Shown here: positions 38,918-52,228 of the stretch, piece after piece
How positions within the stretch are numbered: the stretch's first letter is position 1
How the letters are laid out: every line of letters starts with the position of its first letter
Source: Octopus sinensis
Lineage: Eukaryota
Direction: 5' to 3'
Assembly: GCF_006345805.1 (NCBI RefSeq)
Contig: NC_042997.1
Coordinates: 64,418,001-64,482,000, forward strand
Length of the DNA stretch: 64,000 nt
Position numbers and translations under genes: made by a program
The notes under the pieces: model-generated
Databases searched by the model: none
What the model saw: the letters and a program-made list of their open reading frames with translations, nothing else
What the model was told of the DNA's origin: nothing

Positions 38918-38980
<63 letters not shown>
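38878..38980. repeat. (GATA)n microsatellite
   Basis: Direct reading. Another (GATA)n run at ~39726-39795. Confidence 0.95.
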
Positions 38981-38981
<1 letters not shown>

Positions 38982-39417
38982 CAAGATAGGGAGACAGAGT
39001 AGAAGAGGAAGAGTGTTAGGGTCGAAGGAAGTAAGAGCTGAAAGAAACCATAAAATTTATAGAATGTGCGATCGTTGTCCATCTGTAGGAAAAATCTTAT
39101 TTATCGCAGTAGTTTACTCATCTGTGTAGTATAATTTCTCGTAAGTCTGTGGACGACATACAAGCCAAATGTTTATGTCATTAACTTTCAAATCGTTTAG
39201 TTTTGCGCTCCTTTTTTTCTATCTCTTTTCCTTACACTGATATTTTTCACAAGTATCACTTAATCTGTTTCCGCGTTAAGTGTTTTGAACAGTAGTAACT
39301 TGCTTCACAGTACTTATTCAGAATCCGGTAATCACTAGCAGTTCATCCGTGTTACTCTCGTCCTTACCCCTAATTTTGCAGGGGGACAGCTTAGTATGTG
39401 TATACATACTTACATAC

Positions 39418-39474
<57 letters not shown>

Positions 39475-39511
39475 TATATATATATACATATGTGTGTGTG
39501 TGTGTGTGTGT

Positions 39512-39719
39512 GTGTGTTTGTCCCTCTACCATCGCTTGACAACCGATATTGGTGTGTTTAACTCCCGGTAACTTAGCGGTTTGGCAATAGACGAATGCAA
39601 TAAATTCTAGTCTTAGAAAGAATAAGTTCTGGGAGCGATTTATTCGAATAAATGGCTAAATGGTGGTGCTCCATCATGGCCGCAGTAAAATAACTCATAC
39701 CAGCAAAAGAATAAAAGAA
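39512..39719 (+). mobile_element. SINE 3' half (same family as 6278-6621)
   Basis: Diverged match to GTTTGTCCC...AACCGAT..GGTGTGTTT...AAGAATAAGT...GGTGCTCC.CATGGCCGCAG...AAAAGAATAAAAGA. Confidence 0.75.
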
Positions 39720-39724
39720 TATAC

Positions 39725-39788
<64 letters not shown>

Positions 39789-39832
39789 ATAGATAAAGGT
39801 AGTTAAACGCAGGTGTTATTCAAATCCTTTTA

Positions 39833-39921
39833 CTTCCGACATATGTTTCGAAGAAAACATTGGTATTATTCCAGAAGGAATAAAATGATATAAAACACTG
39901 CAATTTTCTCATCAGGGTAAG
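39833..39921 (-). ncRNA. Solo type I hammerhead ribozyme (family D)
   Basis: CUUACC-CUGAUGA-GAA...UUC-GAAA-CAUAUG-UC/GGAAG. Canonical G10.1-C11.1 pair, palindromic helix III ACAUAUGU, predicted cleavage after GUC between 39838 and 39837. Confidence 0.75.
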
Positions 39922-40569
39922 CAAGAAACCAAACACATCAGTAGGACATTTTAAAATCTATATGAAACTAACATCACTTTCATTGAATTACATTGGATGT
40001 AACCGGGGAACTTGGATGGAGAACTATAAGAAAATATATCAGCTAAAAGTAGGATTACGTTTTGTAGCACATTAACGATTGTTGTAATATTAATGCGTGT
40101 TTTGTCGAATACTTTTGTAATACTATTATGAACATAAGACACATTCGAATATATTATTAAAAGCCATTCTGGCTTATATTACAATTTATAATTGAAAATC
40201 TGCGTGACGAAATTGGTGCTGAATGAAGCATAATTTGTGACTTAATCGTGATATATACGTTCACTGATACGCGATAACTATTCTGAGGGTTACAATTGGA
40301 AAGTTCTTTCCAAACACACGCATACATACACACATACACACGCATACACACACGCCACACACACACAAATGCACATCTACACACATACATACTCAAATAC
40401 AGACACAGACGCACTCTCTCACTCATATACATATATATACATAGATATGTATCTACATTTTTATTCTTTATTTGTCAATTAAAGCTTCCATAATATAAAG
40501 AAATTATATATCCACCAATGCGGTATTCAGCACATATTTTAACGTCCGACATTTACGTATACACGCACA

Positions 40570-40636
<67 letters not shown>

Positions 40637-40802
40637 AAAGTCAAAATGCGATAAAATAAAATTAATTATTATCGCCGGTGATCTAGCACAGGCCATATAT
40701 TATTCATATATAAGTACATTAAAAGGCGAAGTATGTACTAGATACACAGAAGCTTGATAAATTTAGTGAAATGAACATAAAAACGTTTACTAACTCGGTT
40801 CA

Positions 40803-40872
40803 TTTTATACTGCAGTTTCGTCTTTTTCAGCAATAAAAATGATTTATTTACTCAGGGAGATTCATCAGTAAG
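40803..40872 (-). ncRNA. Solo type I hammerhead ribozyme (family E)
   Basis: UUA-CUGAUGA-A-UCU...AGA-C-GAAA-CUGCAG-UA/UAA. Palindromic helix III ACUGCAGU, predicted cleavage after GUA between 40808 and 40807, helix I only 3 bp. Confidence 0.65.
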
Positions 40873-40972
40873 AGCCCTGTTATTCTGGAATCGCACCTCA
40901 ATAGAAGCATGTGCGTCTACTAATTTGGTCTTTCTAACTAATCAGATCACTGCGCAGACGCAGAACGTACCC

Positions 40973-41014
<42 letters not shown>

Positions 41015-41129
41015 GTTTCATTCGAATTAGATAAAAAATGTTGAAGCACCAAACCAGTGCGGTATTTTCTGCACAGCTCGAAGTAGGGTGCATAAAATAA
41101 AATAAGTAATAGGAGGTCAGGTATTAATG

Positions 41130-41212
41130 CAATACGACTGTTTCAGGCGGCTCTATTTTATCGAACAATACAAGCATTACAACAATTTAAATATATTGCC
41201 TTCTTCAGGTGT
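41130..41212 (-). ncRNA. Degenerate hammerhead-like motif
   Basis: CUGAAGA-AGGC...GCCU-GAAA-CAGUCG-UA. Helix II closes perfectly, but helix III is not palindromic and helix I is broken. Confidence 0.35.
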
Positions 41213-41889
41213 AGAAAATATAGATTCTCAACCGACAGGATATATTAATATACTTTTTCTGAAATATTTTATCAGAGCTAGGGAATGAAATGATTCCATG
41301 TTGCCACTATCGCAGCAGAAATAAGATAAGAGAAAAACAACTACAATTTCGGAGTAGCAGGAATTGATCTCATTGGGAGTCATGGGATTGTTATTCATTT
41401 CTAATATTTATCTATCTTTTTAGCACCATCAAAAGATCTAATGTTAGAAGACTGCTATTATTGTGAATTAAGAGCCTTATGCGTTGTCTGTTTCGAACAT
41501 AAACAAATATTATTAGATGTTCCCTCGAATCTTAATTTCTTATGGCTATAAATATCACTTACCACATAAATAAACCTTAGATGGTGTCAATTAGACAGTG
41601 TTAAATGCCCATAAAAAGATGTAGGTTAGGGGGTAACATAAACTCTTTCTTTATTTTCAGTTAAAGGGGCCTACACCATGAAGCATATGACGCTACAATA
41701 AGACGTAGATAGACATTAAGAGCACAGAGGGGAAAGGTTATAATCATGGTATAGCAAAAGTTGTGCATTATTATATGTTATAAAAACTAAAACCAAAAGT
41801 TTAAAAAGAATTAGAAAGGAATATCAGAACTAGGTGAGATTAGAGGGATATATATATACTAATTTCAGCGCTAAAAATAATACCTCTTC

Positions 41890-42290
41890 CTTAGAGAACT
41901 ATTTGGTGGTCACGACAAAGACCACTCAAACAATGAGCTCAACTTACATATGGGATTTATCTGGGAAACATGAGAACATTATCTATTGATTGAAAGTAAA
42001 GGATCAGAAGCAGAATAATAACATAAATGATTCCATAAATATGAAAACGCGTATTAATAACCACCTTTCATTGTTTAGACTTGGACATAAAGATAATAGT
42101 ACTTCTTTATCTAGTAAGATCTGGGAACTTAAGGAAAGCAGGAGTACATTTAGCCTTAATTGTGAGATAGTACGAGGGTGCAACCATAGAGAGATATTAG
42201 ATATGGACGTGTGCTTTGTTCTGTGGAAATTTATGGGATTTTTAAGTGCAGAGACAGGAACAACCTAATTAATAATTGATTAGACCTTGG
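41890..42290 (+). mobile_element. Penelope-like element remnant (GIY-YIG endonuclease C-terminal region)
   Basis: 'MKTRINNHLSLFRLGHKDNSTSLSSKIWELKESRSTFSLNCEIVR' resembles the 'FKxRYxNH...STxLSKxIWxLK...xxWEI' region of invertebrate Penelope ORFs. Confidence 0.65.
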
Positions 42291-43459
42291 GGTATGATGA
42301 GTGTATAACATCACCAGCACATTCAAATATTTTCCAAACAAATAATATTATACTCATCATGCTTTGGATTTGATGGTGGAAATTAGCTTTGGACGTCGTA
42401 TCCTTTAAAACTTATCCTCTAGTGTAGGATATTATATATTATATTATATTACATTATCTATAGTATATGTTATCTATTGTGTTATATGATGTATTATTCA
42501 TAATACTACTCTCTGGTAACCCCTGCCGGTTTAATCCGATTTCATCCTATACGGTGATTACGCTGTCCTTTCCTTCAGTTCTATGCCTTCCTACCATATC
42601 AGTCACAATATGTATATTTGTAGTGAATTATAAGTAAGCCTGCCTTGAATAAATCTTACACGCTCTATGAACGAAACAATCATACATACAACATTGCTAT
42701 CATAATTTATAAATCTGCATCCAAATGATATCCTCATCTGAATTTTCTTACACCTTAATCTATTTTGGTAGAATTACCTTGATCTATCTATATTAGTTAT
42801 ATACCTACTTTTTATTTTTTTCTGTTCTTAATTTTGATCTCTTACCTTTATATATTTTCTTATTAAGGTTTCATTAAATTTTATTAACTTGATTTCTTAT
42901 CTTTGTATGTTTTTCTTATTCCTTATTATCCTTTATGTTGTATTCTTATTGTATATTATAAAATGTATATATATAATAATTTTTTATATTTTGTATTTTT
43001 ACCATCACATATACTGGTATAACATTCCATGAGTCGCGGAGTATGATACAACTTTTCTCAGCAGGTATGCATGATATGATGTGATGCAATATGGTACTTA
43101 AATTTGATATCTTCCAGTTATTTATAATTGTAACATGTTCTTTATATAATCGCGCATATATATATATATCCTTTTTGTATATGTATATGTATGCCATACT
43201 TTTATACTGCTACATCTTCTTATAACAGTACACCCTTTAGGATATTTCATAGTTTTTGCATACATATATTTTTAAATAGGTCTATATGTTATTGAATCAT
43301 TTATCTTATTATTCTGCCTCTCATCTCCTTCCCATATAAATCCCATATCTAAGTTGATCCCATTTTTTCAGTGGTCTCTGTCGTGTCCACGTAATAGTTC
43401 TGTAAGGGAGAGTCATTATAGGGCTTTTATATAAAAGTAATCTTTTTAGCGCTTAAATT

Positions 43460-43503
<44 letters not shown>

Positions 43504-43778
43504 GTGTGTGTGTGTGTGTGTATACCATTCTTACCTGGTTTTGGTATGCCTTTCTAATTTTTTTAAATTTAAATTTTATTTTTATAAATCTAATAATACA
43601 CAAATTTTGCTATAACTTGATTATAAACCTTTTTCTCTCTGTGCCCTTAATGTTTATCAAGATCTCATTGTAGCGTCGTATGCTTCATAGCGTAGTCCCC
43701 TGTAACTGAAAACAACGAAAAGATTTAATGCCACTCCTACCCTACCTCTTTTTATGGGCATTTATTTGTATATATAAA

Positions 43779-43829
<51 letters not shown>

Positions 43830-44887
43830 CAATGTGTTACCGTGTATTTGTGCATCACTTCTATCACAAAAAGAATGGCATATAAATCGCCAGTGATATT
43901 GGCATCATATGTTTCGTAAATGACATAATATATCTACGACAAAAGGTTTATTTTTAAAATTACTTCATCTGGCTTATCCTTTACAGAGCCAGATTACAAA
44001 TGTTATTCATTTATTGGCACTTATGCAGACTATATTACTGAGGATGTATTACTGCCATTGGCGGCTTGCGTATAGGAAGTGAAGATTTGCAACAACCACT
44101 ACTTCCACTCGATAGGATAGATATCATTCAATATAATGTGTCCTTTTTTCTTGAATTCGCTCTGTATACTTGTACATTATATATTCTTTAAGCTTAATAT
44201 CAGTAACCATCCCCTAGTTTATGCAAAGAATACAAAAATCCTTGTATAGAACTATTGTGCGCATGCTCACATGTCCAAAATAGGAAACTTCACACTGGGG
44301 AGAGAAAGCACTGCGTGAACGATAGTGCCGGGTGAAAGTTACTGCTTTCTTTTACTCCGCGTGTTTCATGATTAAAAAACGTGTTTATATTCTTGAATGT
44401 GATAAATTGTAGAATTACATCATTATCCTGCTTCCAGCTTCGGTGTGGCTGCCAGTATTTGAAAAATAGGGCACATCCCCAACCTTATTTTGTTATTTAG
44501 CGGGGTTTTTTGAAAGACAAGAAGGGATTTGCGGTGGTGTTCAGTGAACAAATTAAACACACTACCCGGCAGTGGCTAAAACACGAACCGATCAAGTTTA
44601 TGCATAAATTGGCTTTTTATATGTTTGTTTCTTTTTACACAATATCAAAACAACGGCTAAAATTTCTTCTGAAGCAGCACCCCCACTAATTATATCTACG
44701 TGCTGCCAATGATTACTGTCTTTAATTCATCCCAATACAAAATATATTTATAAATATATTTACGTATAACTGTACATCTACCTATCCAAACAAATATATA
44801 TAAATTTATACAATCAATTATATATATGCTAGTTCTAAAATCCCTCTAAGAAATCAACGCAGTAGGTGTACTGACAAGTAATACTCA

Positions 44888-45271
44888 TAGCCACTTTAAC
44901 ATGGCTGTCTGTTCCAGCGGACTCTACCGCGGTTTTTTAACAAGACACCTCCCACAGTTGGTTACAATGTACAACTGTATCCGACAAAATAGCAAGCAGG
45001 AGAGCGAAGCCCCCTACCATCTCCTAGCGACAGCACCAGTAGGCCAGTCCTGGTTTCGTGCTATTACTACCAGTATTGAGGAGTGGCAGAATTAGCCCTC
45101 AACCACGACTGATCTACTGGTCCCGTCGCTAGGATGTGGTAGGTGTTTGCTTCCCAGCCCGTAGTTTTATTGGACGCAGCTGTGCATCGTTAATCAGCTA
45201 TATGAGATGTTCTCTGGGGTAAAAGATCATAGTAGAGGCCGCTCGCAAAGACAGTCATGTTAAAGTGGCTA
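44888..45271. mobile_element. Foldback MITE-like element (384 bp, TA ends)
   Basis: ~40-bp terminal IR TAGCCACTTTAACATGGCTGTC...CTCTAC vs GTAGAGG...GACAGTCATGTTAAAGTGGCTA, plus an internal IR CCTAGCGAC..CACCAGTAG vs CTACTGG..GTCGCTAGG. Confidence 0.75.
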
Positions 45272-45933
45272 CGAAAGCTGCTTATATATTTATATATATA
45301 TATATGTATGCGTGTGTGTTTGTGTGCGTGTGTGTGCGCGCGTGCGTATATATATGTATGTATGGATGGATGGATGTATATATCCATATATATACACAAA
45401 CAGAAACATGCAAACACATACACACTCACACTTATATATATATATATATGTTAGTATTTTTGTATGTATGCTTATTTATTGTTTTATAATATCGCAATAC
45501 TCGTTAACGTATACGTCACTCAGATGCACACTACTGTCACATCATAAAATTAGATGTGTTTCTCCCGCATAACTCAAACATTACGTTTATATTTCATCTC
45601 TTCATTGTGAGCTAAGCTTAAATAGCTGATTTATTTTCCTAAAATGTATCGTATTATCTCAGTATGCAGCGAAGCTTAAGATATCAGTAGACGAGATGCT
45701 CGAACATTCACATGTCTATTCTGTCATTCTCCTAACATATAACTTATAAATGTAGAATTAACAAGCAGATTTCAAATAATTAGATTTCTACTCAAAGCTT
45801 ACTTACAATGAGCCTATTCTATCAGTCCCCTAATTAAATGAGTCTAAAATAACATCACAGTAATGTGTAGTAGTGTAGTCTATCTCATTCTCAAATACTT
45901 TCAGTTTTCTATTCATTTTTAAACATAAGTTTA

Positions 45934-46200
45934 AACAGGCCCTGCCCTATTTAACATTGTCCCGAGGGAGATCAAAGAGGAAAAGAATCCCATCAACTTC
46001 AAACAGAGTCTGGATAGATTCCTTCAAAGAATACCAGATAAGCCACCCATAATTGGATACAACTCACCCAACAAGAACTCACTACTTGAACAAAACTTGA
46101 CTTAAACAGGATTCGAATAATCCTATCAGGTGGTGCTATTAAGTTAGACATGGCCTGGACCAATCTCTGGCCGAAACATATCTAAGTTTTATCTAAGTTT
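45934..46200 (+). mobile_element. 5'-truncated CR1-type LINE 3' end
   Basis: Closely matches 58613-58879 and ends in a repeated ATCTAAGTTT tail. Confidence 0.85.
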
Positions 46201-47484
46201 TAAGTGCCGAAATAATTTCTCGCTATGATTCAACACTGATAATTTATTAGTATAAATATTGCGCCATAGAAACATAATTTCTGCGGCAGCAAGTTTGAAA
46301 GAGATTCCAGCATAAGAATATTTATTTAAGAAAGAGATTTTGACAAGAGAGATACTGAAATTTAGATTAATCCACAAATATCTGAGGGGAGGTTATTTTG
46401 CATGTAAGAAATACCTGTTATCTTCGTAAGCAATTTATATACTTTCGAGACAATTAATAATTATTTGTCATACGTGCACTATTATTTATTAAATAATTAT
46501 ATTCACACTTCATGAATATACGCATGCATATTATACTCGTGATGAACGTATGAGTATAAAATTTATATGCTTGTAGTATATGTGTGTTGGCATTAGTCCA
46601 TATCTGTATGTCCGTTTAGTGCTCATCGGTGTAAAAGATATGCTAGAGTATATATTTATATATTTGTAAAATGCATGTAGTACTTCTTCTGCGTGTATAA
46701 TATTTTTTATCATGTAATACAGCTGGTAATTGCTCGGCTGTACGATGTCTACGCGTACGTATTGCGCATGTCAACGACTAGTGATGCCTTATACACAAAG
46801 CGGTTGCCATGCCAAACATACACGCAAGCTCTTTTGTCAATAACCACCAGTTACATGCCCAGAAATAACTTAAAAGTTTAATTGTTCTTGCTGTGTGTAT
46901 GCATGTACTTTCGATTTATTACTGTTTGTATCTGCTTATTATATATTCAGTTGTGTGCATATTTGTGTATGCTTGCGTGTGTGTATGTATGTGTGTTTGT
47001 GCGCGTGCGCATATATGTGTGCGTGTGATTGCGCGTGGCTGTGTTTCTTTTGAAAATTCTGTAAATATATTAAAAGACTGAATGTAATTTAAGTTGTGAC
47101 ACGTTTCCTATTATTATCAGTGGTACACGACATTCACTTTTCGACGTGACAATGCAATTATTATGTATATGCGTATACACTCCAGTTAATTTATTTAGTT
47201 TCTTTGATGTTAATGCTGATAGAAATGCTGAAGTGAATATATTCCAATATGAAGGTTTCAGAATATGCGCAACTGACATCTATCTCTACAAAATACAAAC
47301 GAGAAAGTAAAAACATTGACAGGTACTGGATTCTAAAACAAACGTCCAAGCCCCAATATTGACTCCGCTTTCATTCTCAGTTTTAGAAATTTCACTTAAT
47401 GTGTGAATAAAAATACCGTTGAGCAAGCTGTAAAGGACAACGGAAATTATTTCGTTCAGCGTATTGTGTGAATAATAGCAATAG

Positions 47485-47487
<3 letters not shown>

Positions 47488-47551
<64 letters not shown>

Positions 47552-47586
47552 AACAACAATAATAATGATAATAATAATAATAATAA
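47488..47586. repeat. (AAT)n microsatellite
   Basis: Direct reading. Further long (AAT)n runs at 48690-48945, 52131-52227, 52766-53043 and 62795-62910. Confidence 0.95.
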
Positions 47587-47989
47587 TCAATACGAAGAGC
47601 GCGATGCGTTTGCAATAGATACTGTATTATTTGAAGAATATTTGGACAGCTAGCGTTTCTTTGTCGAGTTCAAAATGAAAAGTGATAAAAGTTCAAATCC
47701 AAAATATGAACGGGAGTAATCAGCGTCCCCACTTTGATGGAATGCCATCATCAGTCTCCAAATTTTAAGTTTGCAACTGGCAAAAAAGAGAAAGAAAAAA
47801 GAGAAGAAAAGAAAACGGAAAAAAATATTTAATTAAGCAGTTTTGTGCAAATATAAAGATATTCTCGTGTCATTTTATTCCTTACTCAGGGCCTGATGTT
47901 AACAACCCGCCAACATATTCTTATCATGTATTTTGAGTACTGAAAGTGTAGTAGATCCAATGATTGAGCTGTGTTCCTTGTGCAACAAC

Positions 47990-48400
47990 ATGAGTCATGT
48001 GAATTCCGTCAGGAATCATAATAAAAATGTTATGATTTACACGGAAGGGGGGATGTTGTAGAGATTTCTATTTGGTGTACGCAGCAGAATGCGCCAAACA
48101 CATTTTGATTTATGTTGATTGTACAACAAAACAGTTAAACAACAAATTCAATGGGCACAGATATGACGTCAGGCACAATAACAGTAGTTCGACAGAACTT
48201 CACGAATATTTTACATCAAACGGCTACAATTGTGAAAAAAGACTTGAAAGTTCATATTCTCAGAAAATATTCTGCATCTGTTACATTTTCAGTATTCAAA
48301 ATGCATGAGGAGAAATATCTTGGCAGGTCATTAACATCACGCCCTAAAGGTATAAGTAAAATGACAGGAGAATTTCATATTTACACAAAACTGTTTTTTT
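47990..48400 (+). mobile_element. Penelope-like element remnant (GIY-YIG endonuclease)
   Basis: 'LVYAAECAKHILIYVDCTTKQLNNKFNGHRYDV...STELHEYF' is a degenerate GIY-YIG motif. After a frameshift 'KDLKVHIL...EEKYLGRSLTSRPKGISK' matches the E..WI..L.TL.P.GLN terminus. Confidence 0.75.
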
Positions 48401-48746
48401 CTTTCCTTTTCTTCCTTTCTCATTTTTCTTTCTCTGTGTTTGCTAGTTGTAAACTTGAAGTTTCAAGATTGATAACATTCCATCAACATACGGATGCTAA
48501 TTGTTCACGTTCATATTTTGGATTTTAACTTGTATGAATTTAAATTTTTATCACTTTTCCTTTTGGACTCGACAAAGACATGCTAGCTGTCAGAATATCG
48601 TTCAACCAATAAAATAACTATTGCAATTGCATGTCGCTCTTTGTATTGTCTATTTACCTTTGTGAAGAGTTACGTCATTCCTATTTAAAATACAATAATA
48701 ATGATAATAACAACAATAATGATAATAATAATACTACTACTACTAC

Positions 48747-48785
<39 letters not shown>

Positions 48786-48843
48786 TAATAATAATAATGA
48801 TAATAATAATAATGATGATGATAATAATAATAATAATAATAAT

Positions 48844-49533
<690 letters not shown>

Positions 49534-49535
<2 letters not shown>

Positions 49536-50500
49536 GAGAGCGAATAATGCAGATATCGACAAAGCCCTGACCCATCAATGGCTAATGGCCTCTGGCTTAA
49601 AATCTGAAACAGAGGGGTTATCATAGCAGCTCAAGATCAATGCCTACCAACAAGAAACTACCAGGCCAACATATTAAAGAACGGCAGTAGCCCAACATGT
49701 CGTGTATGCCGACAACAAAATGAAACCATTGATCATGTTGTCTCCAAATGCAGTCTTCTAGCGCCTACAGAGTACCTCAATAGGCATGATAGAGCTGCAC
49801 AATATATTCACTGGGTAATTTGCAAAAACCTGGATTTGCCACATGAAAAAAACTGGTGGGAACACAATCCACCTCCAGTGCTTGAAAATGACCACATCTC
49901 ACTCCTCTGGAACTTCACCATTCAAACTGACAGGAAGATAGATGCAAATAGGCCAGACATCATATTGAAAGACTTCAGACAAAGAACATGCCTCCTCATT
50001 GATATGACTGTCCCAATCGATATAAACGTATCTGTCAAGACCTACCAAAAACTGAGCAAATATAAAGATCTTGAAATAGAAATCAGCAAAATGTGGAAGC
50101 TGAAGACTAAAACAATACCTGTTGTCATAGGTGCCCTAGGAATGATAGCGAAAGGGACTGATTGCTACCTAACTCAGATACCAGGAAACCCCAAAATGGC
50201 AGAAATTCAAAAGATAGCGCTCATGGGAACTGCTCATATCCTACGCAAAATACTCTCTATGTAATCCCAAGGTTTAAAACAAACTTTTTTTTATTTTTAT
50301 TTTTACTTTTTATTTTTTTGTATTTTTTTATTTTTTAAATTTTATTTTTATGTATTAGACATTCACTAGTACAACACCAAAAAAAAAAAAAAAAAAACCC
50401 CCAAATATATGGCACAGAACTTCCAACCTGTTGTCTCTTGAGGTCTCTGGGTGAGACTTGGAGCCAACTTGTACAGACATAAAGCAAAAGACAAACATAG
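49534..50500 (+). mobile_element. 5'-truncated R4/Dong-clade non-LTR retrotransposon 3' end (CCHC plus restriction-like endonuclease)
   Basis: 'CRVCRQQNETIDHVVSKC' zinc knuckle and PD-(D/E)xK RLE 'RPDIILKD...LLIDMTVP...KLSKYKDL...PVVIGALG'. Open frame ~49620-50264, a 3' UTR, and (AAT)n at both ends. Confidence 0.88.
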
Positions 50501-50522
50501 AATAATAATAATAATAACGGAT

Positions 50523-50960
50523 CAAAAGATTAGGGATTAATGAGGGTTCTGGCATTTAGCATGTAGGCATAAAAGAGAAGATCAGGAAGGAGTGTTACAA
50601 GAGAGTTCGAGCAGTCCTAAAATGCACTAACAAGGAGGTAGCTATAAATTCCTTAGCATTTGCGGTTGTTATTTACAGTTTCAATGTGTTGAACTGGTAT
50701 ATGAGGGAAATAAGGAAGATTGATAAGAAAATACGTAAACTGCTAATTTGCAATAAGATGCACCGCCCAAAGGCAGATGTAGAACATCTTTGCCTACCCA
50801 GTGCTCAAGAAGGTCGGGTCTTGATTTAATTTGAAATCTACAAAACCACCACAATTAGACTGGTGAAATACCTTGAAACATCTAACGACTGGATGCAAAA
50901 GCTCGTTGAAAATCATGTAGGACGTAAGAAGCCACATTTTGTTATGAAGGAGAGCAAAAT
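50523..50960 (+). mobile_element. R4/Dong-clade LINE fragment (post-RT thumb region), degenerate
   Basis: 'LGINEGSG...NKEVAINSLAFAVVIYSFNVLNW...IRKIDKKIRKLL...MHRPKADVEHLCLP...EGR'. Confidence 0.75.
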
Positions 50961-51591
50961 ATTTCCTTCAGCCTGCACTGTGTGCACGACGGTCAAGTGA
51001 AAATAGTGATGGCGACATAGACATTCTACATACTACTACTACTACTACTACTACTATAGTAGTAGTAGTAGTAGCAGCAGCAGCAGCAGTAGCAGTACTA
51101 GAAGTGGTTACAGGATTAGAATAGTGCGGTGCGATACATAACAAAGATTGATTTTGTTTATTGAAGAAAATGGTATTTCAACAGTTCTAGAATCAATTTA
51201 CAAAATGCGCAAAAATGTAGAAAATCAACGTTTCTACTGGACTAAGTTATTTCTTAAACCAACAAACATATCATTTTGCTCGTTCGTAATTTATGAAACA
51301 GGAAACAAGTACAAAAAAAAATCGGAGAAAAAACCAACAAGTAAAGTAAACACTAAGTTAAAAGATTTAGTATAAATCAGATGGAATTCACCTGTCATTT
51401 TGCTTATGTTTTTGAAGACAAACGAACTGTCGAAATATTGCTGAGCTCAAGAACCGAAGTCAGTCTGCATTATATTATATATCACATGGCACCCATACAG
51501 CAGTGTATTTGACTTCTTGAAGTTTCCATGACTCTTTATGAATTACTATAATAATAATAATAATAATGATGATAATAATAATAATAATAAT

Positions 51592-52130
51592 AAGTACCAG
51601 GCACTGGCTCTCATGGCTTCTGATCTTAACTGATTGGAAGTGTTATCACGTACATTGTTTTGTCTTGGTATAAAAGATGGGTTACAGCAAATATTCTGCT
51701 CAATACCACATATTTGCTTGTCAGTTGTTTGACCTTAACCAGTTGAGCATGTCCTTTAGTGGCTGACTATATGTGCATCTCTCATCACGAGCAGAAGTAG
51801 TGAGGGAGCATCATAGCCATGTGTTGAATAATTTGGGGTTTGAATAATTCACCTCTGGAAACATGGGTGGTTCTTTCAACATCCTTAAACAACCCTTATT
51901 CAAGGACCTTTTGAGCGGGATGGGCTACTCAACCTGAAGAAATTTCTAACTGGGCCCCACCTGCAAGGTCATGTGCTGTTTATCTTGATATGAGATCACC
52001 ATGTCGCCCACATATGGTTGTGATGCATGTGCCTGGTGTACGCTTATCAGACGGGTAGTCATGATGTGTATATTGTTCTTCGTATATTTTACCCCAGTGT
52101 CACTTGATGGCATGCACTGCTCTCTGACTC
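51592..52130 (+). mobile_element. ~540-bp (AAT)n-embedded element, copy 2
   Basis: Same family as copy 1, with (AAT)n on both sides. Confidence 0.8.
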
Positions 52131-52192
52131 AATAATAATAATGATAATAATAATAATAATAATAATAATAATATAATAATAATAATAATATA

Positions 52193-52226
<34 letters not shown>

Positions 52227-52228
<2 letters not shown>

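Noticed and set aside
47725-47760. Minus-strand CTGATGA-TGG...CCA hairpin
   Set aside because: It is followed by TCAAA instead of GAAA, so the core is incomplete.
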